Shown: positions 18,809 through 30,031 of the stretch, one piece after another
Layout of the letters: every line of letters begins with the position of its first letter
Position numbering within the stretch: position 1 is the first letter of the stretch
NCBI GenBank assembly: GCA_021824125.1
Contig: JAKALO010000002.1
Coordinates: 1-56,793, forward strand
DNA length: 56,793 nucleotides
Reading direction: 5' to 3'
From: Deltaproteobacteria bacterium
GTDB taxonomy: Bacteria > Desulfobacterota > Deferrimicrobia > Deferrimicrobiales > Deferrimicrobiaceae
Translations under genes and position numbers: made by a program
Notes under the pieces: model-generated
Database searches by the model: none
Told to the model about the DNA's origin: nothing
What the model saw: the letters and a program-made list of their open reading frames with translations, nothing else

Positions 18809-20200
18809 ATGTCGAAACAACGGGTACTGATCCTCTCACACGATCCCGGGGATATCGTTTCGAAGGTGAAGCGATCCGCCGCCGCGGACGTGCACCTGGC
18901 GATTCATTCGGACTGGGACACCGGCGCCGCCGTCCTCGCCAAGGAAAATTTTTCGGTCATCGTCGCGCGTAAATTTTCCAAGCGGCAGAGCGCGGAAGAG
19001 TTCGTCCGGGACATCCTGCGCCTCGCTCCGAAGACCCCGCTCATCCTTATCCTCCCCAAGAAGGGCGGGCCTTCCGTCCTGGGCGGGATGCGGGGCGGCG
19101 CCTCGGAAATCCTGTTCGAGGAAAACCTGGACGGGGAACTTATCCCCACCCTCGAGAAATACCTTTTCATGGGGTACGGTCTCCTGAGGAAGATGTCCCT
19201 GGACGACCTTTTCGACTTCTGCTTCCCTGTCATTACCACCACCGACATGGACCTCCTGTCCCTGACCGTCATCGAGATGTTCAAGGAGTCCCTGGGGGCC
19301 TCTTTCGGCATACTCTTCCGCGAACAGGAAGGAAGAGGGTCCGGATATACCATAATGGCGTCGACGGGCTTCGCCGACGACTCCCTGGCGGGGATTTTCC
19401 TCCTGCGCTTCGGGGCGGACCTGGTAGGCAGCAGCGGCCCGATCCCTGCGGTGATGCCCGCCGAGAAGGTGGCGAAACTCCTTCCGGACGACGAGGCGAT
19501 TCTGGGGGAGAACCGCACCTTCTTCACGATACGGTTCGACCTTTCCCCCGGCTCCCGGATGTTCGCGGTGCTGAGCATGCGGGGGATTCCAGGCGTCGAC
19601 GTCCTCGAAAGCCCGTTCCTCAACTTCTTCTACCGCCAGGCACGGTTCTCCCTGCTGAACGCCGAGCGCGGCATACAGACCCAGAACCTCATCTACATCG
19701 ACGATCTCACCAAGCTGTACAACAGCCGCTACCTGAACGTCGTGATCGACCGGGAACTGAAGCGCTCCGAGCGATACAGGAACTTCTTCTCGATTCTCTT
19801 CATGGACGTCGATTTCTTCAAGCGGGTGAACGATTCCCACGGACACCTGGTGGGCAGCAGGATGCTTGTCGAGGTGGGGGAAGTCCTGCGAACGTGCGTC
19901 CGCGAGACGGACACCGTGGTCCGCTACGGGGGGGACGAGTTCGTCGTCGTCCTGGTCGAGACGAACGCCCAGGAGGCCCTGAACGTCGCGGAGCGCATGC
20001 GCAAGATGATCGAAGGGAAAATGTTCGGGGCGGATTTCGGGCTATCTCTTCGCCTTACCATTTCCATCGGGATCGCCGCTTTTCCCGAGCACGCGTCCAC
20101 CAAGCAGAACCTCCTCAACATGGCCGACCAGGCGATGTACAGGGGCAAGGACACCACCCGTAACGTCGTCTACCTCGCGAATCCGCAAAACGTGCCATGA
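18809..20200 (+). CDS. Diguanylate cyclase (GGDEF) with degenerate receiver-like N-terminus
   Basis: RYGGDEFVVVL active site, RETD I-site 5 aa upstream, and DVDFFKRVNDSHGH. The N-terminal ~120 aa are receiver-like, but the phospho-acceptor position reads FSVIVARKF with no Asp. Confidence 0.8.
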   Translation: MSKQRVLILSHDPGDIVSKVKRSAAADVHLAIHSDWDTGAAVLAKENFSVIVARKFSKRQSAEEFVRDILRLAPKTPLILILPKKGGPSVLGGMRGGASEILFEENLDGELIPTLEKYLFMGYGLLRKMSLDDLFDFCFPVITTTDMDLLSLTVIEMFKESLGASFGILFREQEGRGSGYTIMASTGFADDSLAGIFLLRFGADLVGSSGPIPAVMPAEKVAKLLPDDEAILGENRTFFTIRFDLSPGSRMFAVLSMRGIPGVDVLESPFLNFFYRQARFSLLNAERGIQTQNLIYIDDLTKLYNSRYLNVVIDRELKRSERYRNFFSILFMDVDFFKRVNDSHGHLVGSRMLVEVGEVLRTCVRETDTVVRYGGDEFVVVLVETNAQEALNVAERMRKMIEGKMFGADFGLSLRLTISIGIAAFPEHASTKQNLLNMADQAMYRGKDTTRNVVYLANPQNVP

Positions 20201-21459
20201 ACATCGGCTCCGTGAGGGGGATGAAGGACATCCTTCCCCCCGAATCGGGAAAATGGGCCGCCCTCGAATCCGCCTACCTCGCGTACGCGGCGAGGTTCGG
20301 CTACCGGGAGATCCGGACCCCGATCCTTGAAAAGACCGAGTTGTTCGCGCGGGCGGTGGGGGAGACCACCGACATCGTCGAAAAGGAGATGTACACCTTC
20401 ACGGACCGGTCGGGGGAAAGTCTGACGATGCGCCCGGAGGGGACCGCCCCGGTTGTGCGCGCGCTCCTCGCGAACCGTAAAACGTTCGACGAGTTTCCGG
20501 CCCGGCTTTGCTACTCGGGCCCGATGTTCCGCCACGAACGGCCGCAGAAGGGGCGGCTTCGACAGTTCCACCAGATGGGCGCCGAGCTGTTCGGGACCGA
20601 CTCGCCCTATGCGGACGCGGAAATCGTGGCCCTCCTTCACGGCTTCCTCCGGGAAGTCGGCCTCTCGGGCGTTTCCCTGGAGATAAACTCCCTGGGGGAC
20701 CCGGCCTGCCGCCCGCTGTATCAAAGGGAACTGTCCGGTTTCCTGGCGTCCCGCGAGGATCGCCTGTGCGACGACTGCCGCCGCCGCCGGTTGCAGAATC
20801 CCCTGCGCGTTCTGGACTGCAAGTCGGAGGGCTGCGTGCAGGCCACCGTCGACGCCCCGCCGGTCCTGTCCACGCTCTGCGACGCGTGCAAGGACCACTT
20901 CGGGACGGTCGAGGCGGCGCTTCGCGCCCTCGGGATCCCGTTTTCCCGCAACCCGCGGATGGTCCGGGGGCTCGACTATTACCGCCGTACAACCTTCGAA
21001 TTCGTCATACCCGGGATGGGGGCGCAGAACACGGTGGCGGCGGGCGGAAGATACGACGGGCTCGCGGAGATGGTCGGGGGGAAGGAGCGCGTGCCCGCCA
21101 TCGGGTTCGCGATCGGCGTCGAACGCCTCCTGATGCTGATGGAGGAATCCGGGGAACCGGGTGCCGCCGCGGACGTGTTCCTGGTCACATCCGGGAAGCG
21201 GTTCCTCGACGAGGCGTTCCGGTGGAAGATGGGTCTGATCGAAAAGGGCGTTCGGGCGGACATGGACTACGAAGGCCGCAGCGTCAAGGCGCAGTTCCGG
21301 CGGGCGGACAGATCGGGAGCGGGAGTCGTCGTCGTCTTCGGGGACGCGGAAGACAGCCGCGGGGCCGTCGTGCTCCGCGACATGGCGTCGGGGAAACAGG
21401 AAGAGATCCCCAGGGACGAGGCGTTTCTCAGGCTTGCGACAATCAGGAAGGAGGAGTGA
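20197..21459 (+). CDS. hisS: Histidine--tRNA ligase
   Basis: RGMKDILPPE, MYTFTDRSGESLTMRPEGT, FHQMGAELFG and GGRYDGL. ATGA overlap with the GGDEF gene stop. Confidence 0.95.
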   Translation: MNIGSVRGMKDILPPESGKWAALESAYLAYAARFGYREIRTPILEKTELFARAVGETTDIVEKEMYTFTDRSGESLTMRPEGTAPVVRALLANRKTFDEFPARLCYSGPMFRHERPQKGRLRQFHQMGAELFGTDSPYADAEIVALLHGFLREVGLSGVSLEINSLGDPACRPLYQRELSGFLASREDRLCDDCRRRRLQNPLRVLDCKSEGCVQATVDAPPVLSTLCDACKDHFGTVEAALRALGIPFSRNPRMVRGLDYYRRTTFEFVIPGMGAQNTVAAGGRYDGLAEMVGGKERVPAIGFAIGVERLLMLMEESGEPGAAADVFLVTSGKRFLDEAFRWKMGLIEKGVRADMDYEGRSVKAQFRRADRSGAGVVVVFGDAEDSRGAVVLRDMASGKQEEIPRDEAFLRLATIRKEE

Positions 21460-23255
21460 AAGTGGACGCGTTTCTTCCGGAGCACAAAAGGACGATCTAC
21501 TGCGGGCGGGTGCGGCCCGACCAAATAGGGGAGGAAGTCGTCGTCTGCGGATGGGTGCACCGGCGAAGGGACCACGGCGGTCTCGTGTTCGTCGACCTGA
21601 GGGACCGCGAGGGCCTGGTCCAGGTGGTGATCAACCCCGGCGAGTCCGGGGAGGCGCACGCGAAGGCCGACGTGCTCCGCGTGGAATACGTGCTGTCCGT
21701 CCGCGGGACCGTGCGGAAAAGGCCCGAGGGCACCGAGAACCGGAACCTGCCGACCGGAGAGGTCGAGATTGCCGCGTCCTCGCTGGCGATCCTGAACGAG
21801 TCGAAGCCGATCCCGTTCGCGCTCGACGACGACTCGGACGTGGCCGAGAACGTCCGGCTCAAATACCGGTACCTCGACCTGCGGCGGCCGTCCATCCAGC
21901 AGATGTTCCGGTCGCGCGCCGTCCTGGCGCGGGCCGTCCGGGAATATTTCTTCGAGAACGGCTTCCTCGAGATCGAGACGCCCGTCCTGACGAAGAGCAC
22001 GCCGGAAGGCGCGAGGGACTACCTGGTCCCGTCGCGCGTCAACCCGGGGATGTTCTTCGCACTCCCCCAATCCCCGCAGCTCTTCAAGCAGATCCTGATG
22101 ATCGCGGGCTACGACCGGTACGCGCAGATAGTGAAGTGCTTCAGGGACGAGGACCTGCGCGCCGACCGCCAGCCGGAATTCACCCAGATCGACGTGGAGA
22201 TGTCCTTCATCGACCGGGACGATCTGTTCCGCATGATGGAAGGCCTGATGGCCAGGGTCATGAAGGACGTCGTCAACCAGGAGGTTTCCCTTCCCTTCCC
22301 CAGGATGGGCTACGTGGAGGCGATGAACCGTTTCGGCGTCGACAAGCCGGACACCCGGTTCGGGCTCGAGATCACCGATTACACCGACCTGCTCAAGGAC
22401 ACCGGGTTCCGCGTGTTCGCCGAGATCGCGGGCAAGGGGGGCGTCATCCGGGGGATCACTGTGCCCGGTCTCGGCGAATCCAGCCGGTCGGAGCTCTCCG
22501 CGCTGGAGGACGTGGCCAGGATCGGAGGGGCCCGCGGGATGATTTCCTGGAAAGTGACCGCGCAGGGGATATCCTCCTCGATCGCCAAGCACTACAAGGA
22601 AGACCAGCTCAAGGCGTTCCTGGCGCGCAGCGGCGCGCGGCCGGGGGACCTCGTCGTCATGGTGGCGGACGAGTTCCTCACCGCCTGCGACTCCCTCGGC
22701 AGGGTGCGTCTTCACCTGGGGGAGAAACTGGATCTCGTCGACAAGTCCCGCTACAGCTTCCTGTGGGTCGTCGATTTCCCGCTCCTGGAATGGGACAAGG
22801 AAGAAAAGCGCTGGGGGGCGATGCATCACCCGTTCACCGCGCCGCTCGACGAGGATCTCGCGATGCTGGACACCGACCCGGGAAAGGTGCGCGCGAAGGC
22901 GTACGACCTCGTGCTGAACGGGTCCGAGATCGGGGGCGGGAGCATCCGTATCCACCGGCAGGACGTCCAGTCGAAAATGTTCCGGCTGCTGAACATCGGG
23001 CCTGACGAGGCCCGGGTGAAGTTCGGGTTCCTGCTCGAGGCGCTTGAGTTCGGCGCGCCTCCACACGGCGGGATCGCCTTCGGACTTGACCGCCTGTCGA
23101 TGATCCTCTCCGGCGCCAGGTCGCTCCGCGACGTGATCGCCTTCCCCAAGACCCAGAAGGCGACGTGCCTCATGACCGACGCCCCGTCGCCCGTGGACAA
23201 CAAGCAGCTAAGGGACCTGCACATCCGGACCATCGCGCCGGAAAAGAAGCCGTAA
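21456..23255 (+). CDS. aspS: Aspartate--tRNA ligase
   Basis: Real part of ORF 20508..23255. Motifs HRRRDHGGLVFVDLRDREG, SPQLFKQILM, FRDEDLRADRQPEFTQID and GGGSIRIH. The GTG at 21456 overlaps the hisS stop (GTGA); GTG 21462 is an alternative start. Confidence 0.9.
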   Translation: MKVDAFLPEHKRTIYCGRVRPDQIGEEVVVCGWVHRRRDHGGLVFVDLRDREGLVQVVINPGESGEAHAKADVLRVEYVLSVRGTVRKRPEGTENRNLPTGEVEIAASSLAILNESKPIPFALDDDSDVAENVRLKYRYLDLRRPSIQQMFRSRAVLARAVREYFFENGFLEIETPVLTKSTPEGARDYLVPSRVNPGMFFALPQSPQLFKQILMIAGYDRYAQIVKCFRDEDLRADRQPEFTQIDVEMSFIDRDDLFRMMEGLMARVMKDVVNQEVSLPFPRMGYVEAMNRFGVDKPDTRFGLEITDYTDLLKDTGFRVFAEIAGKGGVIRGITVPGLGESSRSELSALEDVARIGGARGMISWKVTAQGISSSIAKHYKEDQLKAFLARSGARPGDLVVMVADEFLTACDSLGRVRLHLGEKLDLVDKSRYSFLWVVDFPLLEWDKEEKRWGAMHHPFTAPLDEDLAMLDTDPGKVRAKAYDLVLNGSEIGGGSIRIHRQDVQSKMFRLLNIGPDEARVKFGFLLEALEFGAPPHGGIAFGLDRLSMILSGARSLRDVIAFPKTQKATCLMTDAPSPVDNKQLRDLHIRTIAPEKKP

Positions 23256-23296
23256 ACGAAAAAAGAGGGAGGCCTCGAAAGGAATATCACCGGCGG

Positions 23297-25405
23297 ATGA
23301 TCCCCGTCGAGCTGTTCCACCCGAAATCCGTAGCCGTCATCGGCGCCTCCGGGAAGCGGGAAAAAGTCGGCTACGGGGTGTTCTCCAACCTTGTCGGCGG
23401 CGGGTTCCCGGGGGAAATCAGCGGGGTCAACCCTGGTGGGGGAGAACTTCTCGGAAGGCGCGTTTATTCATCTATAGGGGAGATACCGGGTCCGGTGGAT
23501 CTCGGTGTCTTCGTCGTACCGCCCCCCGCCATAATCGAGGGCATACCCCGGCTTGCGGAGAAGGGGATGAAGGCCGCGGTCGTTATCTCCGCCGGGTTCA
23601 AGGAAACCGGCGGGGACGGGGCGGTTTTCGAGCGCGCGCTCCGCGAGGCCGCCGGGAAGGCATCGGTGCGCGTCCTGGGCCCGAACTGCCTCGGGCTCAT
23701 CAACACGCACGCACGCCTCAACGCCTCCTTCGCCGCCGGGACCCCCCCCGCGGGCTCGATCGCCTTTTTCTCGCAGTCCGGCGCCCTGTGCACGGCCATC
23801 CTGGACTGGGCGATCGGCGAGAACGTAGGGTTCTCCAAGTTCATAAGCCTCGGAAACAAGGCCGACATCTCGGAATCGGACGTCATGGAGTACCTCTCGA
23901 AGGACGAAGAGACGAGGGTGATCCTGGGGTACGTCGAGAGCGTCGACGACGGTCTCCGCTTCCTCGACGCGTCCCGGGAGGTGACGGCAAGAAAGCCCGT
24001 TATCCTGGTCAAGGCCGGGTCCACCGCGGCCGGCGCGCGGGCCGCGTCCTCCCACACCGGGAGCCTGGCCGGCTCCGACAGGGCGTACGACGCGGCGTTC
24101 CGGCAGGCCGGGATCCTGCGGGCCGAAACCATCGAGGACCTGTTCGACCTCGCTCTCGGATTCGCGATGCAGCCGATCCCCGGCGGCGACCGGCTGCTGA
24201 TAGTCACGAACGCCGGGGGGCCGGGGATACTCGCGGCGGACACGGCCGAGAAGCTCGGCATCCCCCTTGCGGAGATCAACCCGGCGCTGAGAGGGCTGCT
24301 GTCCGGGAAACTTCCCCCGACGGCGAGCCTGGGTAACCCCGTGGATATAATCGGGGACGCCCGGGCGGACCGCTATCGCGAGGTATTCTCCGTCGTCCGC
24401 GAGGACCCTTCGATCGACGCCGTCCTTGTCCTGTTGACGCCGCAGGCGATGACCGAGCCGGAAAAGACCGCACGGGCCGCCGTTGCGGAGCTTTCGGGAT
24501 CGGGAAAGACCGCAATGGCCTCCTTTCTCGGGGAAGCGTCGGTGAGGGATGCCCGCAAAATCCTGTCGGCGGGCGGGATCCCGCAGTACCCGGTCCCGGA
24601 ACGGGCCGTCCGCTCCCTTCACGGGATGCTCCGCTACCGCCGCATCCGGGAGATCCCGCCCATGGAGAGGGAAGAGGTCGCGGGAATCCGGCGCGAAGCC
24701 GCGGAGACGGCGATACGCGCGGCCCTGGCGGAAGGAAAGAGGGCGCTCGGCGAGGAGGAGAGCAGGGCCATCCTGGAGGCCTACGGGTTCCTCTTCCCGC
24801 GGCATGCGACCGCCCGGACAAGCGCCGAGGCGGTACAGGCGTTCCAGGGGATGAGGGGACCGGTCGCGATGAAGATCGTTTCCCCGGACATCCTCCACAA
24901 GACGGACGTCGGCGGGGTCCGGCTGGGTCTTGCGGACGCGGACGCTGTGGCCGGGGCGTTCGTGGAGATCACCTCCTGCGTCCGGCGCATGGACCCCGAC
25001 GCCTGGATCGCGGGGGTGTCGGTCCAGGAGATGGTCAAGGGTGGAAGGGAGCTGATCCTCGGGATGAGCCGCGACCCCCAGTTCGGCCCTTTGCTGATGT
25101 TCGGGCTCGGGGGGATATACGTGGAGGTGTTGAAGGACGTCTCGTTCCGGGTGGCCCCGGTATCGCGGAGGGAAGCCGTGGGGATGGTGCGGGAAATCCG
25201 CGCCTACCCGCTCCTGGCTTCGTTCCGCGGGAGCGCGCCCTCGGACGAGGGCGGGATCGTGGACGCGCTGCTTAGAATCTCCAGGCTGTCCCTGGATTTC
25301 CCGGAGATCCAGGAACTCGATGTCAACCCGGTGATGGTGATGCCGAAAGGGCGGGGAATCCGTGCGATCGACTGCCGGATGACCATCGCGGAGGCGGTAA
25401 GATGA
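23297..25405 (+). CDS. ADP-forming acetyl-CoA synthetase / acetate--CoA ligase family protein (fused alpha+beta, NDP-forming)
   Basis: CoA-binding LFHPKSVAVIGASGKREKVGY, the phosphohistidine loop ASSHTGSLAGS, and a C-terminal ATP-grasp. 702 aa from ATG 23297. No GNAT domain. Confidence 0.8.
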   Translation: MIPVELFHPKSVAVIGASGKREKVGYGVFSNLVGGGFPGEISGVNPGGGELLGRRVYSSIGEIPGPVDLGVFVVPPPAIIEGIPRLAEKGMKAAVVISAGFKETGGDGAVFERALREAAGKASVRVLGPNCLGLINTHARLNASFAAGTPPAGSIAFFSQSGALCTAILDWAIGENVGFSKFISLGNKADISESDVMEYLSKDEETRVILGYVESVDDGLRFLDASREVTARKPVILVKAGSTAAGARAASSHTGSLAGSDRAYDAAFRQAGILRAETIEDLFDLALGFAMQPIPGGDRLLIVTNAGGPGILAADTAEKLGIPLAEINPALRGLLSGKLPPTASLGNPVDIIGDARADRYREVFSVVREDPSIDAVLVLLTPQAMTEPEKTARAAVAELSGSGKTAMASFLGEASVRDARKILSAGGIPQYPVPERAVRSLHGMLRYRRIREIPPMEREEVAGIRREAAETAIRAALAEGKRALGEEESRAILEAYGFLFPRHATARTSAEAVQAFQGMRGPVAMKIVSPDILHKTDVGGVRLGLADADAVAGAFVEITSCVRRMDPDAWIAGVSVQEMVKGGRELILGMSRDPQFGPLLMFGLGGIYVEVLKDVSFRVAPVSRREAVGMVREIRAYPLLASFRGSAPSDEGGIVDALLRISRLSLDFPEIQELDVNPVMVMPKGRGIRAIDCRMTIAEAVR

Positions 25406-26466
25406 AACTCTATGTGGCTTCCACTTCGGAGTACACGGGCAAGACCCTCGTGGCTCTCTCGCTGGCGAAGATCTGGGCGAAGGAAGGCCTCTCGGTCGGG
25501 TACGTCAAGCCGCTCGGAAAGATTCCGGTGGTGGAGAAAGGCATGGTGGTAGACGAGGACGCGTCCTTCCTGGCGAAGGAACTATGCCTGCCCGGATCAC
25601 CCGATTCCGTCTGCCCGGTGGTCGTCACGCAGGACCTCGTCATGGCCGCATACCGCGGAGAGCCGCTTCGGCTGCGGGAAAAAATCGTGTGCGCGGTCGA
25701 GGAGGCCGCCTCATGCGTCGAAGTCCTTCTCCTTGGGGGGGCCGCCAATCTTCGGGACGGGGTGTTCCTGGGGATCTCTCCGCTCGCGCTGATTTCCGAC
25801 CTGGATTGCCGGGTCCTCCTGGTGGACAGGTTTTCCGGAGAGAAGTCCATGGACCAGGTCCTCTGGGCGGCGGGGGCGCTCAAGGAGAGGCTCGCGGGCG
25901 TGGTCTTCAACCGCGTTCATCAGTCGCAGGAAGCGTTCCTTCGGGACACGGTCCGGCCGTACCTGGCCGCGAGGAATATCGCCGTGTTCGGCGCCATCCC
26001 GTCGGACCCCCTGCTGGACAGCGTCACCGTGGGAGTGCTGGCGGCGAGCCTTTCCGCCATGATGGTCTGCGGGGACGATGGAATGGACGCGATGATCGAG
26101 CGGTTCTGCGTCGGGGCGATGGACGTGGACAGCACCCTGCGCGTCTTCCGGCGCATCCCGCGCAAGGCGGTGATCACCGGAGGCCACCGGGCCGACATCC
26201 AGCTTGCGGCGCTGGAAACCGACACGCGTTGCCTCGTGTTGACGGGGGGTGTCGCCCCCAACGAGCTCATCCTTTCCCGCGCGCGGGAAAAGGGGGTTCC
26301 GATCCTCGTCATCCAGGAGGACACTTTGTTCGCGGTGGAGATGTTCGAAAACCTGCTGGGCAGGCTGCGCATCCGGGAGAAGGAAAAGATCGAGCGCGGC
26401 GTGGCCCTCGTGGCCGCCAGCGTCGACGTGGCCGGCATATTCGCGTCGATACGGAAAAGGGGGTGA
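25402..26466 (+). CDS. Phosphotransacetylase-N-terminal-like protein (BioD-like P-loop fold + DRTGG domain), no Pta catalytic domain
   Basis: MKLYVASTSEYTGKTLVALSLAKIWAKEGLSVGYVKPLG is BioD/Pta-N-like. VITGGHRADIQLAALETDTRCLVLTGG is DRTGG-like. ATGA overlap with the preceding stop (25402-25405). Confidence 0.65.
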   Translation: MKLYVASTSEYTGKTLVALSLAKIWAKEGLSVGYVKPLGKIPVVEKGMVVDEDASFLAKELCLPGSPDSVCPVVVTQDLVMAAYRGEPLRLREKIVCAVEEAASCVEVLLLGGAANLRDGVFLGISPLALISDLDCRVLLVDRFSGEKSMDQVLWAAGALKERLAGVVFNRVHQSQEAFLRDTVRPYLAARNIAVFGAIPSDPLLDSVTVGVLAASLSAMMVCGDDGMDAMIERFCVGAMDVDSTLRVFRRIPRKAVITGGHRADIQLAALETDTRCLVLTGGVAPNELILSRAREKGVPILVIQEDTLFAVEMFENLLGRLRIREKEKIERGVALVAASVDVAGIFASIRKRG

Positions 26467-26486
26467 TTGGAAATCCCCCGGTTTTT
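26459..26486 (+). terminator. Weak candidate intrinsic terminator
   Basis: GGGGG (26459-26463), 11 nt loop, CCCCC (26475-26479), then GGTTTTT. The stem is short, so confidence is low. Confidence 0.3.
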
Positions 26487-26569
26487 CCTTGACATCCCCG
26501 GGACCTTTGTATACTGTATGCTCGGTTTGGGGGGTGACGCTCCCAATCCAGCCCCAAAAAATCCCTTAA

Positions 26570-27571
<1,002 letters not shown>

Positions 27572-27676
27572 TAAAAAGTCGGAAGAGGGAAAAGGCGGTT
27601 TTCCAGCGAAAGGTCCGATGTCTCATACTGCGGCACCCATCCGCAAAAAACTTTATTCGGGAGGAGTCCAAGGGAC

Positions 27677-28843
27677 ATGAACATCCACGAGTACCAGGCC
27701 AAGGCAGTGCTGGCGAAGTACGGTGTCGCCGTTCCGAAGGCGAAGGTCGCGGACACCCCGGCAGAGGCGGAAGCGATCGCCAAGGAGATAGGGACGGCGG
27801 TCGTGATCAAGGCCCAGATCCACGCGGGCGGCCGGGGCAAGGGCGGCGGGGTCAAGCTGGCCAGGACCCCGGACGAGGCGAGGGAGTTCGCGAAACAGAT
27901 CATCGGCATGAACCTTGTGACCCACCAGACCGGGCCCAAGGGGAAACGGGTCAAGCGCGTTATCGTCGAGCAGGCGGGCCAGATCAAGAAGGAGCTTTAC
28001 CTGGGAATGGTCATAGACCGGGCGGTCTCCCGGGTGGTCATGATGGCATCGACCGAGGGCGGGATGGAGATCGAAACGGTCGCCGCCCGGACGCCGGAAA
28101 AGATCCTCAAGGAGCACGTGGATCCGGCGGTCGGGCTCATGCCGTTCCAGGCCCGGAAACTGGCGTTCGGCCTGAACATCCCTCCGGAGCTGGTCGGCAA
28201 GGCGGTGAAGTTGATGACGGGGCTCTATAACGCGTTCGTCGACACCGACTGCTCGCTGGCCGAGATCAACCCGCTCGTGATCACCGAGGGCGGCGACGTC
28301 ATGGCGCTGGACGCCAAGATGAACTTCGACGGCAACGGCCTCTTCCGCCACAAGGACATCCAGGCGATGCGGGACTTCGACGAGGAGGACCCGACGGAAA
28401 CGGAGGCGTCGAAATACGACATCACCTACATAAGCCTCGACGGCAACATCGGCTGCATGGTAAACGGCGCCGGGCTCGCGATGGCGGCCATGGACATGAT
28501 CAAGATGTCGGGCGGCTCGCCGGCCAACTTCCTCGACGTCGGCGGCGGGGCCAGCACGGAGCAGGTGACCAACGCCTTCCGGCTGATCCTCTCCGACCCA
28601 AAGGTCAAGGCGATCCTGGTCAATATCTTCGGCGGCATCATGCGGTGCGACGTGATCGCCGAGGGCGTCGTTTTGGCGGTCAAAACGCTCGGCCTTAAAG
28701 TCCCGCTGGTCGTCCGGCTCGAAGGGACCAACGTGGAGAGGGGCAAGGAGATCCTTGCAGCGTCGAAGCTCAACATCATCGCGGCGTCCGACATGAAGGA
28801 CGCGGCAATAAAAAGCGTGGCCGCTGCCGGCCAGGCGAAGTAG
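27677..28843 (+). CDS. sucC: Succinate--CoA ligase (ADP-forming) beta subunit
   Basis: [17 protein letters not shown] and the [18 protein letters not shown] motif. 388 aa. GGGAGGAG Shine-Dalgarno upstream. Confidence 0.95.
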   Translation: MNIHEYQAKAVLAKYGVAVPKAKVADTPAEAEAIAKEIGTAVVIKAQIHAGGRGKGGGVKLARTPDEAREFAKQIIGMNLVTHQTGPKGKRVKRVIVEQAGQIKKELYLGMVIDRAVSRVVMMASTEGGMEIETVAARTPEKILKEHVDPAVGLMPFQARKLAFGLNIPPELVGKAVKLMTGLYNAFVDTDCSLAEINPLVITEGGDVMALDAKMNFDGNGLFRHKDIQAMRDFDEEDPTETEASKYDITYISLDGNIGCMVNGAGLAMAAMDMIKMSGGSPANFLDVGGGASTEQVTNAFRLILSDPKVKAILVNIFGGIMRCDVIAEGVVLAVKTLGLKVPLVVRLEGTNVERGKEILAASKLNIIAASDMKDAAIKSVAAAGQAK

Positions 28844-28854
28844 GGGGGGCGATC

Positions 28855-29736
28855 ATGAGCATCTGGATCGATAAAAACACCAAGGTTCTCGTCCAGGGCA
28901 TCACCGGCGCGGTGGGTGCTTTCCACACCAAGCAGATGCTGGAATACGGCACGAAGATAGTCGGCGGGGTCACCCCGGGGAAAGCCGGATCCAGGGTGGA
29001 GGGCGTCCCCGTGTTCAACACGGTGGCCGACGCCGTCAAGGCGACCGGCGCGAACGCGACGGTCATCTACGTCCCGCCGGCGTTCGCCGCGGACGCGATC
29101 TGCGAGGCGGTCGACGCGGGGATAGGCATCACGGTGTGCATCACCGAAGGGGTCCCCATCCTCGACATGGTGAAGGTAAAGCGGTATATGGAAGGCAAGA
29201 AGACACGCCTGATCGGCCCCAACTGCCCCGGCGTCATCACGCCCGGCGAATGCAAGATCGGGATCATGCCCGGCTACATCCACAAGCCGGGGACGGTCGG
29301 GATCGTATCCCGCTCCGGAACGCTCACGTACGAGGCGGTGCACCAGGTGACGATGCTGGGGATGGGGCAGTCGACGTGCGTCGGCATCGGCGGCGACCCG
29401 GTCAACGGGACGAACTTCATCGACGTCCTTTCGGCCTTCCAGAACGACCCGAAGACCGAGTCGGTCATCCTTATCGGGGAGATCGGCGGGACCGCCGAGG
29501 AAGAGGCCGCCGCCTTCGTGAAGTCGAAGATGAACAAGCCCGTCGTCGGCTTCGTCGCAGGCCAGACCGCCCCCAAGGGAAAGCGGATGGGACACGCCGG
29601 TGCTATAATTTCCGGAGGAAAGGGAACGGCGGCGGAGAAGATAGAGGCGTTCAAGGCGGCGGGGATTTCGGTGTCGGAGGCGCCCTCCGACCTGGGGATC
29701 ACGCTGGCGAAACGGCTTGGAAAGAAAGTCCACTAA
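28855..29736 (+). CDS. sucD: Succinate--CoA ligase alpha subunit
   Basis: [42 protein letters not shown], and catalytic His in MGHAGAII. Confidence 0.95.
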   Translation: MSIWIDKNTKVLVQGITGAVGAFHTKQMLEYGTKIVGGVTPGKAGSRVEGVPVFNTVADAVKATGANATVIYVPPAFAADAICEAVDAGIGITVCITEGVPILDMVKVKRYMEGKKTRLIGPNCPGVITPGECKIGIMPGYIHKPGTVGIVSRSGTLTYEAVHQVTMLGMGQSTCVGIGGDPVNGTNFIDVLSAFQNDPKTESVILIGEIGGTAEEEAAAFVKSKMNKPVVGFVAGQTAPKGKRMGHAGAIISGGKGTAAEKIEAFKAAGISVSEAPSDLGITLAKRLGKKVH

Positions 29737-29757
29737 TATCAAGGAAGGACGGAGGCG

Positions 29758-29997
29758 ATGGCAAACGTGCAGGTGAATACGGCGGAAAAGATCGAGGCAA
29801 CCGAGAACGCGAAGGTCAAGATCAGCATCATCCCCCGCTACTGCAAGGGGTGCGAGATCTGCGTGAAGCTCTGCCCCACGCAGGTGCTGGGCATGGAGAT
29901 GTTCCTGGTCAAGGTGGTCGACATCGACAAGTGCACCGTCTGCATGGCGTGCGAGCTGCGGTGTCCCGACTTCGCCATCTTCGTCGACAAGAAATAG
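29758..29997 (+). CDS. korD: 2-oxoglutarate:ferredoxin oxidoreductase delta subunit (2x[4Fe-4S] ferredoxin)
   Basis: CKGCEICVKLCP and CTVCMACELRCP. 79 aa. Sits immediately upstream of the OFOR alpha, beta and gamma genes. Confidence 0.8.
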   Translation: MANVQVNTAEKIEATENAKVKISIIPRYCKGCEICVKLCPTQVLGMEMFLVKVVDIDKCTVCMACELRCPDFAIFVDKK

Positions 29998-30031
29998 CGT
30001 TTACAAAAGAAACCCCAAAAGGAGAAAACAG

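Noticed and set aside
20508-21455. 5' extensions of track ORFs upstream of the real starts: aspS 20508, ACD 23165, pilW 35027, rodZ 35737, ppdK 41563, smc 44412, rny 51978, tyrS 54666. The minus-strand ORFs 3308..4762 and 7433..8845 are extended in the same way.
   Set aside because: The extensions overlap upstream genes in another frame, are R/G/P-rich, and precede well-conserved N-terminal motifs that begin at an internal ATG or GTG, often with a 4-nt stop/start overlap.
26489-26515. TTGACA ... TATACT pair upstream of mdh as a promoter.
   Set aside because: Both hexamers are good, but the spacer is only 15 nt, which is poor for sigma70. I left it unreported as a feature. It remains possible if the -10 is read as TACTGT with a 17 nt spacer.
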